From a phage, in sequence record PZ445430.1: a stretch of 64,000 bases of DNA, one strand, 5' to 3'. The stretch's first letter is position 1; each line of letters opens with the position of its first letter. Positions 36,260 through 46,091 of this stretch are shown piece by piece. The notes beneath the pieces were generated by a model, which was given only the letters and a program-made list of their open reading frames with translations, made no database searches and was not told the DNA's origin. The translations under genes and the position numbers were made by a program.

Positions 36260-37011
36260 TGTCAGTATTAGTCGGTTTACATGGTGAGGCTGGTGCGGGA
36301 AAAGATACTGTTGCAAAATTAATGATTGACTGGTGTAACGACACGTTCCCAACGTGTTTATCCCGTCGGTACAGTTTTGCTAAACCCGTTTACGAACTTG
36401 CATCCGTAATCCTCGGGGTAACTCCAGAGTTTCTGGGAGAGCGCAGGGGAAAAGAGATTGACCAATGGTTTACGGTCACACAATCTCAATTGGAGCGAGC
36501 TAGAGACGTATGGTTTAAGTATGGTATCGATAAGTTTGAGGACTTCTCGTACGTTTGGCCGATTTTTGAAGGAAAATACCTTGATCCTCAGCAATTGATT
36601 GGGCAAGCTGATGATGCGCTATATAGCGTGTTTATCTCCCCAAGAAAAATGCTTCAGCTTGTAGGTACTGAGTTAGGAAGGCAGCTGGTGCATGAACGCA
36701 TTTGGCTCATAATTCTGGAGCAATCCATCGATAAAGACGATCCAGACGTCGCAATCGTTACCGATGTGCGTTTCCCCAATGAGGGAGAGCTAATCATGGA
36801 AACCAATACTCTAGATATGGATTCCATGCTTATTAAGGTTGAATCTGGTATTACTAATAAGTATCGCATCGAGACAGATCACCCGTCTGAAAGCGGTATT
36901 CCTGAAAAATACATTTCTCATAAATTTGAGAATACCTTCAACGGACTTGATGCACTTCGTACCGATGTGTACCACTTCTGTGACTTAGAGCTAGAACCAC
37001 TAGTTGGATAA
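36259..37011 (+). CDS. dnk: deoxynucleoside monophosphate kinase
   Basis: P-loop LHGEAGAGKDT similar to T4 gp1-type dNMP kinase. Confidence 0.7.
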   Translation: MSVLVGLHGEAGAGKDTVAKLMIDWCNDTFPTCLSRRYSFAKPVYELASVILGVTPEFLGERRGKEIDQWFTVTQSQLERARDVWFKYGIDKFEDFSYVWPIFEGKYLDPQQLIGQADDALYSVFISPRKMLQLVGTELGRQLVHERIWLIILEQSIDKDDPDVAIVTDVRFPNEGELIMETNTLDMDSMLIKVESGITNKYRIETDHPSESGIPEKYISHKFENTFNGLDALRTDVYHFCDLELEPLVG

Positions 37012-37023
37012 TTAAGGATCACT

Positions 37024-37623
37024 ATGACTAATAAGAAAGAAGAAAAGACTAACCTGTTTCACACTGTTCACCAATCTAACGAATATACCTTTTTCTTTGA
37101 TGAAGAATTAGGTTCACCAGATGAGTATCGTGACCTATCTATGATACTGATGCAGGCTGGTGAAGAAGATGAAATTAATCTGATGATTAATGGGCCAGGT
37201 GGTTACGTTGATACTGCTGCCCAGCTATCTAACTTAATCGCTAACTGTCGTGGAACGGTTATTGGACACCTGCTCGGTCCTAGTGCTTCTGCTTATTGCA
37301 CAATCTTCCTGTCTTGCCACGGTTGGGTTGTACATCCACATGCTACGCTTATGGGACATACGTTCTCTGGCGGATTCTGTGAGAAAGGTCAAGAAATCAA
37401 GAAAGCCTATGAATCCTACAACCAGTTTGTAGAAGATATGATGCTAGATATTTACTTTCCGTTCTTCTCTGTCGACGAAATCGAGGACATGGTAAAAGAG
37501 AATAAGAATATCTATCTTAACAGCAAAGAAATCAATAAGCGTATTAAAATTTTGGCGAATTATCGCAAAGAGCAATATAGTAAAGCTCAAGCCCCACATC
37601 CAGAAGAACATGGAGAAGTGTAA
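37024..37623 (+). CDS. ClpP-like (S14) serine peptidase
   Basis: INGPGGYVDTAAQ resembles ClpP INSPGG; candidate Ser (GPSASAY) and His (HPH). Confidence 0.45.
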   Translation: MTNKKEEKTNLFHTVHQSNEYTFFFDEELGSPDEYRDLSMILMQAGEEDEINLMINGPGGYVDTAAQLSNLIANCRGTVIGHLLGPSASAYCTIFLSCHGWVVHPHATLMGHTFSGGFCEKGQEIKKAYESYNQFVEDMMLDIYFPFFSVDEIEDMVKENKNIYLNSKEINKRIKILANYRKEQYSKAQAPHPEEHGEV

Positions 37624-37632
37624 GTAGTTTTA

Positions 37633-37664
37633 AGCCAGAGTTTAACGACTCTGGCTTTTCTTTT
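37633..37664 (+). terminator. rho-independent terminator
   Basis: Hairpin gccagagt..actctggc plus TTTTCTTTT. Confidence 0.6.
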
Positions 37665-37779
37665 GCCTAAAATTCTTCTTGACAACGACAAAAAATTGTG
37701 CTCCAGAAGTGATCTTAAAAAACACATTGTAATTTTACTCTAGAATTAGTATAATGGTAGTGGTTAGAGGAGGTTACAA

Positions 37780-38436
37780 GTGGAAAAGTTTATACAACTA
37801 TTAACGATACTGCTACAAGAAGCGAAAGATCCAGCTTCACTACTAAAACGTCTGCTAACTATCTTAGTTGCTGTCATTATTTTCTTGTTTGTAAGTAACA
37901 CTAGCGAGGTGATGTCATTTTTAAAGACTTTCTCCACGTCTTCGGTTTTACAGGATGTTCAAACCCAAAGGATAGATAACTTTCCTAATGTAGCACGAGA
38001 AAAAAGTATGGTTCTTTTCTCCCAGACTGGTGCGGATGCCGTTTTTGTAGTAAAGTATAAACCAGATGCTATAAATGATTATTCAAACATTATTGCATGG
38101 GAAAGCAATGCGCAATTGGATAGGGCTGACTTGGCCGATAAAGCAGTAAATAAGACGTCTGAACTTTATAGACGTCACCTGGAAGGCTTTAACTACGCTG
38201 CGGATTTAAGTGTAAAAGTAAATAAATATACAGGGTCAAATATACCAGCATTTAAGAACATTACTTTTAATTACGTCTACACTTGTCCATATTTCAACCT
38301 AAATAATATCTATGCTGGATACATAGGTATTGCATGGAAGGATAAACCCGTAGATACAGCTGATTCGGAACAATTTAATGAGTACTTAGCAAAGCTCTGT
38401 TCCCCACAACGGAGATCATTAGGTAGATCTATATGA
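37780..38436 (+). CDS. holin-like membrane protein
   Basis: GTG start after GGAGG RBS; N-terminal TM helix; coupled to endolysin. Confidence 0.5.
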   Translation: MEKFIQLLTILLQEAKDPASLLKRLLTILVAVIIFLFVSNTSEVMSFLKTFSTSSVLQDVQTQRIDNFPNVAREKSMVLFSQTGADAVFVVKYKPDAINDYSNIIAWESNAQLDRADLADKAVNKTSELYRRHLEGFNYAADLSVKVNKYTGSNIPAFKNITFNYVYTCPYFNLNNIYAGYIGIAWKDKPVDTADSEQFNEYLAKLCSPQRRSLGRSI

Positions 38437-38846
38437 GTTTTAAATTTGGTAAAAATAGCGAAAAACAATTAGCAACTGTTAAGCCCGAGCTACAAAAGGT
38501 AGCTCGTAGGGCTTTAGAACTATCCCCATACGATTTCACAATCGTACAAGGTATTCGTACAGTAGCACAAAGTGCCCAAAATATTGCTAATGGTACTTCA
38601 TTCTTGAAAGACCCTAGCAAAAGTAAGCATGTAACTGGAGACGCTATAGATTTTGCACCATATATTAATGGTAAGATTGACTGGAAAGATCTGGAAGCAT
38701 TTTGGGCTGTTAAGAAGGCTTTTGAACAAGCCGGTAAGGAACTTGGTATCAAACTTCGTTTTGGTGCCGACTGGAATAGTTCTGGTGATTATCATGATGA
38801 GATCGATCGTGGTACTTACGACGGTGGTCACGTAGAATTAGTCTGA
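38433..38846 (+). CDS. lys: endolysin, L-alanoyl-D-glutamate peptidase (M15)
   Basis: 137 aa; zinc-site motifs HVTGDAIDF and DxxH (DYHDEIDRGTYDGGHVE). Confidence 0.8.
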   Translation: MSFKFGKNSEKQLATVKPELQKVARRALELSPYDFTIVQGIRTVAQSAQNIANGTSFLKDPSKSKHVTGDAIDFAPYINGKIDWKDLEAFWAVKKAFEQAGKELGIKLRFGADWNSSGDYHDEIDRGTYDGGHVELV

Positions 38847-38856
38847 TAATAAATCA

Positions 38857-38881
38857 AGGCGGGGTAACTCCCGCCTTTTAA
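38857..38881 (+). terminator. rho-independent terminator
   Basis: Hairpin ggcgggg-taac-tcccgcc plus TTTTA. Confidence 0.6.
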
Positions 38882-38921
38882 AGCAAAGGGGGCTTTAAAA
38901 ACTTAATGATAGGAGAAAGCC

Positions 38922-39338
38922 ATGTTTGCAGAACTATTCACCATGATGTTACTAGGAATATGGAAGATAAGCCTAGTAGTTTTCATTTTAATGATAATTC
39001 TTACGGTTGTCGCACTAGTTACACAAAATGACACATTAAAGAAAGTCGTTCATGGGCTAGAGTATATAATTATGGGCACATTCGGCGTTTGCAAATGCAA
39101 CTGCCAGAGAAATACGAAATATTGTTGGCTTTGGATGGAGTTAGAAAACTGCATAACAGTAGCCCTAGCTGTCTCATTCGGTATGATTCTTATGGCCCTT
39201 ACTCTAGCATTGATACCACTGATGTTAGCTGGGGGAGTCACGGCTTATTTCACCCTTTTCTCCCCTATACTTATGTATTCAATATATCCAATAACAATGT
39301 ACCTAGTTAGGAAGAGATTCCCACATCAAGCACATTAA
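38922..39338 (+). CDS. membrane protein
   Basis: AGGAGAAAG RBS; multiple TM helices. Confidence 0.5.
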   Translation: MFAELFTMMLLGIWKISLVVFILMIILTVVALVTQNDTLKKVVHGLEYIIMGTFGVCKCNCQRNTKYCWLWMELENCITVALAVSFGMILMALTLALIPLMLAGGVTAYFTLFSPILMYSIYPITMYLVRKRFPHQAH

Positions 39339-39351
39339 TATAAAAAAGTAG

Positions 39352-39380
39352 TTGACTTTCCGCTGAAATTTTTATATAAT
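39352..39380 (+). promoter_or_regulatory. early promoter (TTGACT-17-TATAAT)
   Basis: -35 at 39352-39357, -10 at 39375-39380. Confidence 0.55.
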
Positions 39381-39413
39381 ATTTGTATAAATTGAATCAG
39401 AGGAGTTTCACAA

Positions 39414-39824
39414 ATGTCAGATCGTTACTACACTCAGATGGCTAACCATTACAATATGGCTCCGTATGAATTGAACATCGCATTACGTGACCTCGATTCA
39501 CCAGAGCGTGCAAAACTTGAGAAAAAGGCGGGAATTCGTATGTCTAGCAAGGGCAAGAAACTTACTCGTATTGACTTAAATACCATGCTAATGGAAGAGC
39601 TTGGCGTGAATATTGAAGGTCAGAAGTTGCCTCTCAATGTTCTTGAAACGATGCTGGATAAAGTCAAAAAGAAAACCTATAAGAAAGTACAAGTACCGGA
39701 AGGCAGGCTAAAAGCCCCTTATCAGGCTGCTGTATCTGAGTGCTTAGGTGCTACCTTAGATCTTAGCACTGCAACTGTTAAAGTTATGAAGGCATTTTTG
39801 GAGGCCATTAATAAACATGAGTAA
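39414..39824 (+). CDS. hypothetical protein
   Basis: GAGGAG RBS. Confidence 0.5.
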   Translation: MSDRYYTQMANHYNMAPYELNIALRDLDSPERAKLEKKAGIRMSSKGKKLTRIDLNTMLMEELGVNIEGQKLPLNVLETMLDKVKKKTYKKVQVPEGRLKAPYQAAVSECLGATLDLSTATVKVMKAFLEAINKHE

Positions 39825-40107
39825 ATTAGTATATCTGTTAAAGGGATCTACCTGCAATCCGTGCAAAATGTTCGAGCCTGTATTTGATAAAGTAGTACAG
39901 GACTACAGTCTAGAAGTTCATAAAGAGACTGATAACACAGAACTTATGCAGAAATTTGGCGTTCGTCAGGTTCCTGTAGTAGTTCTAGCAGATCGTCTCC
40001 CAAATGGTCGTGTGGAAGCCAACCACATTCTGATTGGTCGTCAGCTTCGTAAAGAAACTATGCACGATGCAATCAAAAACTTCCTGGAAGATAACCCAGA
40101 AGATTAA
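39817..40107 (+). CDS. thioredoxin/glutaredoxin-like protein
   Basis: CxxC motif STCNPCKMF near N-terminus; RQVPVVVL. Confidence 0.5.
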   Translation: MSKLVYLLKGSTCNPCKMFEPVFDKVVQDYSLEVHKETDNTELMQKFGVRQVPVVVLADRLPNGRVEANHILIGRQLRKETMHDAIKNFLEDNPED

Positions 40108-40116
40108 TAAATCCAA

Positions 40117-40147
40117 CCCAGATCTTAGCTGATCTGGGTTTTTTATT
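40117..40147 (+). terminator. rho-independent terminator
   Basis: Hairpin cccagatc-ttagct-gatctggg plus TTTTTTAT. Confidence 0.65.
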
Positions 40148-40149
40148 AC

Positions 40150-40178
40150 TTGCTTTCTGCTAAAAATTTTGATATAAT
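40150..40178 (+). promoter_or_regulatory. early promoter (TTGCTT-17-TATAAT)
   Basis: -35 at 40150-40155, -10 at 40173-40178. Confidence 0.55.
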
Positions 40179-40208
40179 ATTTATATAAATTTGAGAGAGG
40201 AATAACAA

Positions 40209-41069
40209 ATGGCTAAATTTAACCTGCACGAAATGTTAGTAGTACCAGACGATGTTAACCTGTTCTTCGTAGGAGATATTCACGGCTGTAATGATATGCT
40301 GGAAGATGCTCTTAAACTAGCAGGATATAAAGAAAAGCGGGATTATGTTGTCTGTGTTGGCGACCTAATTGACCGTGGCCCGCAGAACCTACAGGTTCTA
40401 GCTAAGTTCCTGTATAATCCACGCTACCGTAGCGTTCGTGGCAACCACGACCAATTTATGATTGGTGGTGATTACGCCAACTGGATGTACAACGGTGGCA
40501 TGTGGGCTATGAATGAGCTAGATACTGATACCATTAAGGCTATTGGTGCAGATATGGCTAAAAAGATGCCAGTATTTATGACTGTCCTGCATCGTGGTAA
40601 GAAATATGGTGTTGTTCATGGCGGAGTACCATTCCAGTATAAAGAAAATGGTAATGAAGTAAAAACACCAAACTGGGATGATATTATTGATCGCATCGCT
40701 GCTAGCGAAAATGATCCTCATGATCATCCAGCTTACTATATCGAGCCATATCTATGGGATCGTGATGTAATCCAGGAAATTAGTTTCCACTTGTCTAAGC
40801 AAGGTGCTGAGCATCCATATTTCCAGCGTTATGCAGGGTTTAAGGATGAATTAGTTGTAGAAGTGCCGCCAGTTGGGAGTGTGGATTTCGTATTCCACGG
40901 TCATACTGGTGTTCCTTACCCAATTCTATATAAGAACCGTGTTTATCTTGATACTGGCGGTGTTTTCAACGGGCAGTTGACGGTTGCGCAAGTTAATGAT
41001 GAAGCTGGTAAAATCATGACATTTACCACAGATAAAAATGATAGCTGTGGTGTACAGAGGATTCTATAA
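40209..41069 (+). CDS. Ser/Thr protein phosphatase (calcineurin-like metallophosphoesterase)
   Basis: Motifs GDIHGC, GDLIDRGP, GNHD. Confidence 0.75.
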   Translation: MAKFNLHEMLVVPDDVNLFFVGDIHGCNDMLEDALKLAGYKEKRDYVVCVGDLIDRGPQNLQVLAKFLYNPRYRSVRGNHDQFMIGGDYANWMYNGGMWAMNELDTDTIKAIGADMAKKMPVFMTVLHRGKKYGVVHGGVPFQYKENGNEVKTPNWDDIIDRIAASENDPHDHPAYYIEPYLWDRDVIQEISFHLSKQGAEHPYFQRYAGFKDELVVEVPPVGSVDFVFHGHTGVPYPILYKNRVYLDTGGVFNGQLTVAQVNDEAGKIMTFTTDKNDSCGVQRIL

Positions 41070-41437
41070 TGGAACGTGAAGAACGCTATGTTGTAATTAA
41101 GCTGAGCGACATTGAAGAAGGTTTAAAACTAGGGCATATCAGCCCTAGTACTGTTACCGCATTAGAGCATATCGTAACTACAGTATGGTTTAGTCGAGCA
41201 CAACGTGGTAAAGAAGATCTCAAAACTGTCGTGGTAGAACAAGATTGGCCGGAATACGAAGAAGTCTGGCGAATGATAGAGAATCGTGTAGCCTTTGAAC
41301 AGGCTCGTCAGGAGCAATTAGATAAAGGCTACGCCGATGCAAAGGAACATCATGAAATTCATGACGAGATATTCAAACTTCGTGGTATTAGTAGTTACTG
41401 TCAAGGCTGGAATAAATATGCGGAGGAAGTTCTGTAA
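41069..41437 (+). CDS. hypothetical protein
   Basis: Coupled ORF. Confidence 0.5.
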   Translation: MEREERYVVIKLSDIEEGLKLGHISPSTVTALEHIVTTVWFSRAQRGKEDLKTVVVEQDWPEYEEVWRMIENRVAFEQARQEQLDKGYADAKEHHEIHDEIFKLRGISSYCQGWNKYAEEVL

Positions 41438-41643
41438 TGAAGAGATTACTTCTATTATCAGTGCTAATACTAGCTGGATGTGATTCCTATGAGAATAATA
41501 TGAGATTTACTGCAGAAGATACAAAACACTTATGTGATGTAGCGGGAGGTGAGCTAGATTATTCCAGCATTCAAATTGGACTCACAAAAGGTATATTCTA
41601 CGATAGCTATACTATTACCTCTACTTGTGTAAGGAATAAATAA
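41437..41643 (+). CDS. small lipoprotein
   Basis: Lipobox LLSVLILAGC. Confidence 0.5.
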   Translation: MKRLLLLSVLILAGCDSYENNMRFTAEDTKHLCDVAGGELDYSSIQIGLTKGIFYDSYTITSTCVRNK

Positions 41644-41750
41644 TGAAAAAGACACGCCAAGAAATTGATGCCGAAGTTCTTTTTGGCATTGCAGTTTGTG
41701 TGGAGCTAGCTTTACTGCTAGCCTTACCATTTATTCTATAAGGATTAAAC

Positions 41751-42341
41751 ATGAAAGTTAAATTCTGGTCGGAGTTGCACTTAGACCACCCCGGAATTCT
41801 TCGCTTCCGTCCGTGGTTTAAGAATATGAAAGAGCATGACGAATATATTCTGGATACTTTGTCCAAGCACATTGGCAAGCGTACTAAGCTTGTCCTGCTA
41901 GGAGATACTGCTGTTGGCCGAGAGGGTCTGGCAAAATTAAAATCGGTTATCCATAATGTGCCTAACCAGTTAATCATGGGCAACCACGATGCTGAACGTC
42001 AGGGTATTCGCATTCGTGATCTAGTAGACGTTTATGATGATATTCAGGCTCTAGGTAAGCAAACAGGTGGTGGCAAGAAGTTCTGGCTGTCCCACTGTCC
42101 TTTACACCCAGAGGAACTTCGTGGTAAACTGAACATCCACGGACATGTGCACACCAATTCGGTGCGTGACCCACGTTATATCAACGTCTCTTTTGAGATG
42201 AGCAAGGCTCCTATTCCTCTAGAGGATATTGTGTCTGGCAAGTTCACAAGCTACGATAAAGTAGTTAACTGCACTACAGGTGAAGTACTCCAAATTGGTG
42301 AAGATGTGGCAGCAGTATTAAGGGGAGATATCAATGTTTGA
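41751..42341 (+). CDS. metallophosphoesterase
   Basis: Motifs LLGDTAVG, MGNHD, GHVH. Confidence 0.65.
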   Translation: MKVKFWSELHLDHPGILRFRPWFKNMKEHDEYILDTLSKHIGKRTKLVLLGDTAVGREGLAKLKSVIHNVPNQLIMGNHDAERQGIRIRDLVDVYDDIQALGKQTGGGKKFWLSHCPLHPEELRGKLNIHGHVHTNSVRDPRYINVSFEMSKAPIPLEDIVSGKFTSYDKVVNCTTGEVLQIGEDVAAVLRGDINV

Positions 42342-42443
42342 TTTTGATGGAATGACTCGTGATATAATTGTAGCAGCAGCAATAATTATCACTATTTCTT
42401 TCCTACTTGGCGTAGGAGTAGGTATTTTATTATAAAAATTCAG

Positions 42444-42472
42444 TTGCTAAAATGCTTAGTTTTCTGTATAAT
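42444..42472 (+). promoter_or_regulatory. early promoter (TTGCTA-17-TATAAT)
   Basis: -35 at 42444-42449, -10 at 42467-42472. Confidence 0.55.
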
Positions 42473-42502
42473 TACTTTATAAATTGATGAGAAGGAATCA
42501 AA

Positions 42503-42934
42503 ATGCAAAAGATTGATAAAGCACTTTTAATCGCAACAGCAGATAAGTTTGAGCAAGTTAAAGCTACTTTTAAGGCAGTCTTTCAGTCTTATGTTCAAGA
42601 CAAATCGAACCCGATTTCTGAGCGTTTGATGATGTGGGAATGTTTTGCTTGCAATGCTCTGCTAATTTCCGATTATAAAGGAGAAGTATCTGAGGAATTG
42701 CATGAGATCTTTATTAATGAGGATACTCCACGCTATCAGTTAGTGAACTTCCAAGATCTAGCTGAGCAAGTTATTCCTGATGATCTTTGGGACAAGTATT
42801 ACGGCGATCCTGAAGAAGATGGTATGGAACCTGAGAAGTGCATCGAACTGATCTGTAAAGATCACCCTGAAATTGCTGAGAAATTTGAGCTAGTATTTGC
42901 TTCTGAGTTCTCAGGTTTCGTTAACGATTGGTAA
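42503..42934 (+). CDS. hypothetical acidic protein
   Basis: GAAGGAA RBS. Confidence 0.5.
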   Translation: MQKIDKALLIATADKFEQVKATFKAVFQSYVQDKSNPISERLMMWECFACNALLISDYKGEVSEELHEIFINEDTPRYQLVNFQDLAEQVIPDDLWDKYYGDPEEDGMEPEKCIELICKDHPEIAEKFELVFASEFSGFVNDW

Positions 42935-42951
42935 GTAATTAAAAAATTCAG

Positions 42952-42980
42952 TTGCTTTTAGCTTTAAAATTCTGTATAAT
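42952..42980 (+). promoter_or_regulatory. early promoter (TTGCTT-17-TATAAT)
   Basis: -35 at 42952-42957, -10 at 42975-42980. Confidence 0.55.
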
Positions 42981-43012
42981 AAGTTCATAAATTAATGAGA
43001 GAGGAAATTCTA

Positions 43013-43264
43013 ATGGAAAACATGACTAAAACTGAAATGGCTAACGTTCTGGCAATTCTCCTCGATATGCAGGGTTTTGAAGGTCAGCTCATGAAGATGT
43101 CTATTCCGGCAATGAAAAAGATGTATGATTCTCTGAACAAAAATGCTATGGCATTCAACCTCGCTAAACAGGAAGCACGTTTTGCGAAAGAGCATCAGGC
43201 AACTGCGGAACGTCGTGCAGCATCTTTTGAGCGTGAAGTTAAGCAACTGAAAGGTAAGAAATAA
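43013..43264 (+). CDS. hypothetical protein
   Basis: Internal ATG of track ORF 42995..43264 after GAGAGAGG RBS. Confidence 0.45.
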   Translation: MENMTKTEMANVLAILLDMQGFEGQLMKMSIPAMKKMYDSLNKNAMAFNLAKQEARFAKEHQATAERRAASFEREVKQLKGKK

Positions 43265-43671
43265 TGACTAATGGAAAATTCTTACTTGTACTATGGCTGA
43301 ATGCCCTAGTCTCTCTAGCTATCACACTCGGTGTTACCGATTTCATGCTTAACCAGCGTGATAAAGTAGAAGTTAAGGAAGCCCCAACCCCGCATAAGGA
43401 TAAATGGGAAGAGGCAAAGAAAGCAGCCATGGAAATGGAGCAGAGACACCGTCAACAAGGTGAATATGCTGATGAACAATTCTCCAGATTTACAGGGGTT
43501 ACAGTAATAGATGTTTTAAGATCTGGTGACACAAATCAAGCAAAAATTATGGTAGAAGAAGGGAAGATTTTTTGCCAAAATAAAGGTAGTGTCTTATTTA
43601 AGATCAAATTTTATGGAAATGTAGAAGAAGTACCGCCATCCATGTGGTGTGCTAATGGAGTATTTAAATGA
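43264..43671 (+). CDS. membrane-anchored protein
   Basis: N-terminal TM helix; coupled. Confidence 0.5.
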   Translation: MTNGKFLLVLWLNALVSLAITLGVTDFMLNQRDKVEVKEAPTPHKDKWEEAKKAAMEMEQRHRQQGEYADEQFSRFTGVTVIDVLRSGDTNQAKIMVEEGKIFCQNKGSVLFKIKFYGNVEEVPPSMWCANGVFK

Positions 43672-43949
43672 TTACAGAAATTTTAATTGGATTGCTGGTT
43701 CTCACGACTTTGGCAGCAATTGGCGGAATCATTGGCATTCTTAATGCTAATAAAAATATGGAAGCAATGAAGGCCACCAACAATGCACTATGGGAAAAGT
43801 ATATAGCTGCTGAGAAAGATATTGAGGACACGCAAAGACGTTCAGATCTTCTTAAAGAAAAGCTAAAGAATGTTGAAGCTCTTGTTGGTAACACTAAACT
43901 TCCTATCAAAGTCCTGCGCGCTCAGGTAATCACGGAGATTAAGAAATGA
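43668..43949 (+). CDS. membrane-anchored coiled-coil protein
   Basis: N-terminal TM helix; coupled. Confidence 0.5.
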   Translation: MITEILIGLLVLTTLAAIGGIIGILNANKNMEAMKATNNALWEKYIAAEKDIEDTQRRSDLLKEKLKNVEALVGNTKLPIKVLRAQVITEIKK

Positions 43950-44191
43950 TGTTAATTATCTTAGCTTTTTATTTGGTTATTGTTGGTGTTTTGGTTACTA
44001 AGTATCATACCTGGACTCCGAAGAACGTTGGTAAAGTAGCACTATTTGTTCTGCCAGTTCCTGTTATCATCGTTGCTATGTTGTTCACAATGTTGGCTGG
44101 TAAAGTGACAAAAACTGACGTTAAACGCATTGTAGACGAACTACAACAATCTTCTGACATGATCGAGGATATCCTGAAAGATGAAGCTTAA
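43946..44191 (+). CDS. small membrane protein
   Basis: Two hydrophobic helices; coupled. Confidence 0.5.
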   Translation: MMLIILAFYLVIVGVLVTKYHTWTPKNVGKVALFVLPVPVIIVAMLFTMLAGKVTKTDVKRIVDELQQSSDMIEDILKDEA

Positions 44192-44513
44192 TTTTAGTGA
44201 ATTAACCCTGCTAGATGAGTTTCTAGGTTTTGTTACTGAGCGTGGGTTTATTAACGTAGATCCTCAGACACTAGAAGTCCTGCGATCTATCCAGAATAAA
44301 ACTAAAACAGATCTGGAAGACTTATGGCGACCGCTTTCTGAGCTAACTCCTCTTAACATGAAAGTGATTGTTAAAAATATTGAAACTGGTGAAGAACGTG
44401 AAATGGTTCGTAAAGAACTGGCTAATAGTTATTCTCCAGAGTCCTTAGTGATGCATCATGACGATGAACCAGAAACACTTTGGACAGCCCATTACGTTTG
44501 GCGTCTACCTTGA
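44181..44513 (+). CDS. hypothetical protein
   Basis: Coupled ORF. Confidence 0.5.
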   Translation: MKLNFSELTLLDEFLGFVTERGFINVDPQTLEVLRSIQNKTKTDLEDLWRPLSELTPLNMKVIVKNIETGEEREMVRKELANSYSPESLVMHHDDEPETLWTAHYVWRLP

Positions 44514-44613
44514 TTGATTTAACAACTGTTACGGCAATCCTAATCTTCGGTTTAGTGGTTGCCGTTTTCATAATCGTTGAGCAGGCCAAAGTAATACGGA
44601 GACTTAAAAATAG

Positions 44614-44814
44614 ATGATTAATTTTTATAACCCTAATTTGCAGAAAGCAACGTGGGATTACTTTATAATTCTACCCGCTTTTATGTTAAGTTGTGCAATC
44701 ATTAACATTATGTATCAAGAAGCGGGCTGGACAGTTCAAGATTTCCACGTTTCACAAGTTCTTCCTTTCATGTATGAAGGCGTTATCGCAGCAATAAATG
44801 GAGTTCGTAAATGA
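44614..44814 (+). CDS. hypothetical protein
   Basis: ORF. Confidence 0.45.
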   Translation: MINFYNPNLQKATWDYFIILPAFMLSCAIINIMYQEAGWTVQDFHVSQVLPFMYEGVIAAINGVRK

Positions 44815-45278
44815 CAGCACTGCAAAGATTACAGAATTACTGGTTTGATGGCCAATTTAATGATTTATTCATCCAGTTGTTTGTCGAAACGAACGGACGC
44901 TTTAACTACCGCTTCTTTAATACTTTCCATGAGACGAAGTTCTCACATACAGAAATTAATGCAGCTATCCAAGATCTCACCGGTTCTAAGGTAATTCCTT
45001 ATCGTGATGTAGATTTTGCACCTGACTGTTTTGGTTTTGAATTGTTTAAGAAAGCGTATAAATTCGGTAAGTTCGAAGATGCACGACATTGGGTTCACGA
45101 CTTCTGGTATAACACCGATATCGTTCCTAGCCGTGTACTGATCCTCAACTGGATTGCAAAACAACATCCACCTAAAGCACAATCCTCCTTCTTACCAACA
45201 GATACAGGAAACCTTTATTATGACATCAAAGAAAAATCCAGTACTCGAACAGATGAAGCTGTTGGAGAAGCAGATTGA
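44811..45278 (+). CDS. hypothetical protein
   Basis: Coupled ORF. Confidence 0.5.
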   Translation: MTALQRLQNYWFDGQFNDLFIQLFVETNGRFNYRFFNTFHETKFSHTEINAAIQDLTGSKVIPYRDVDFAPDCFGFELFKKAYKFGKFEDARHWVHDFWYNTDIVPSRVLILNWIAKQHPPKAQSSFLPTDTGNLYYDIKEKSSTRTDEAVGEAD

Positions 45279-45603
45279 GAAAGGAGAGGTGGACAGTCAA
45301 GATATCGTCCAACACGTCTTTGATACTACAGTGGAATGCGCTAATCCGCTGGTGGCAGGAGAAACCTCCGATATACTAGGGCTGTTAATGGCTGTTGGTC
45401 AGCTAATTGAGATTACCCAAGAAGAGCTGGATAATGATGAAGAAGTAACTGTTCATGATGTTCTCGGTGCTCTAGATCTGATTGTTAATGCTTATGCTTT
45501 TAAACGTCGCCACTCAATTGATGAATATCTAGTTTCTCGTGAGATTACTGAATCTCTTCTAGAAACCGCTGATATGGCCTTAAACGGCAAGAAACTTCAC
45601 TAA
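45220..45603 (+). CDS. hypothetical acidic protein
   Basis: Internal ATG of track ORF 45154..45603; overlaps upstream gene 3' end. Confidence 0.45.
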   Translation: MTSKKNPVLEQMKLLEKQIEKGEVDSQDIVQHVFDTTVECANPLVAGETSDILGLLMAVGQLIEITQEELDNDEEVTVHDVLGALDLIVNAYAFKRRHSIDEYLVSREITESLLETADMALNGKKLH

Positions 45604-45613
45604 GGAAATAATT

Positions 45614-46036
45614 ATGCAATTTAACGTTATATCTGCTTTTCCAGGGTGTGGTAAGACTTACTTTACTAAGTGTTTTCCACGTGTACTAGACTCAGATTCT
45701 TCTAAGTTCCCGAAGGATAACTTTCCAGCGAACTATATTGAGCACATTTCACAAGCTATAGAAGAAGGTAAACTGATCTTAGTTTCTAGCCATAAAGAAG
45801 TACGGGATGCCCTTCATGCTGCTGGAATAGATTTTATTCTGCTTTATCCAGAACGAGAGCTAAAAGAAGAATATTTAGCTAGGTATAAAGAAAGAGGAAG
45901 TCCTGATAGCTTTATCTCTTTACTTGATAGTAAATGGGATGAATGGATAACCTCCTGTGAATGTGACCCTGCGATCTCTATTCCTATGGAATCAGGTGAA
46001 TTTATAACGGATTTAGTGAGCATTGATGCTACCTAA
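45614..46036 (+). CDS. P-loop NTPase/kinase-like protein
   Basis: Walker A AFPGCGKTY at N-terminus. Confidence 0.5.
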   Translation: MQFNVISAFPGCGKTYFTKCFPRVLDSDSSKFPKDNFPANYIEHISQAIEEGKLILVSSHKEVRDALHAAGIDFILLYPERELKEEYLARYKERGSPDSFISLLDSKWDEWITSCECDPAISIPMESGEFITDLVSIDAT

Positions 46037-46044
46037 TTTCTAGA

Positions 46045-46074
46045 GGCCAGGACTTAATTGTTCTGGCCTTTCGT
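46045..46074 (+). terminator. rho-independent terminator
   Basis: Hairpin ggccag..ctggcc plus TTTCGTG. Confidence 0.5.
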
Positions 46075-46091
46075 GTATCAAGGAAATTCAA

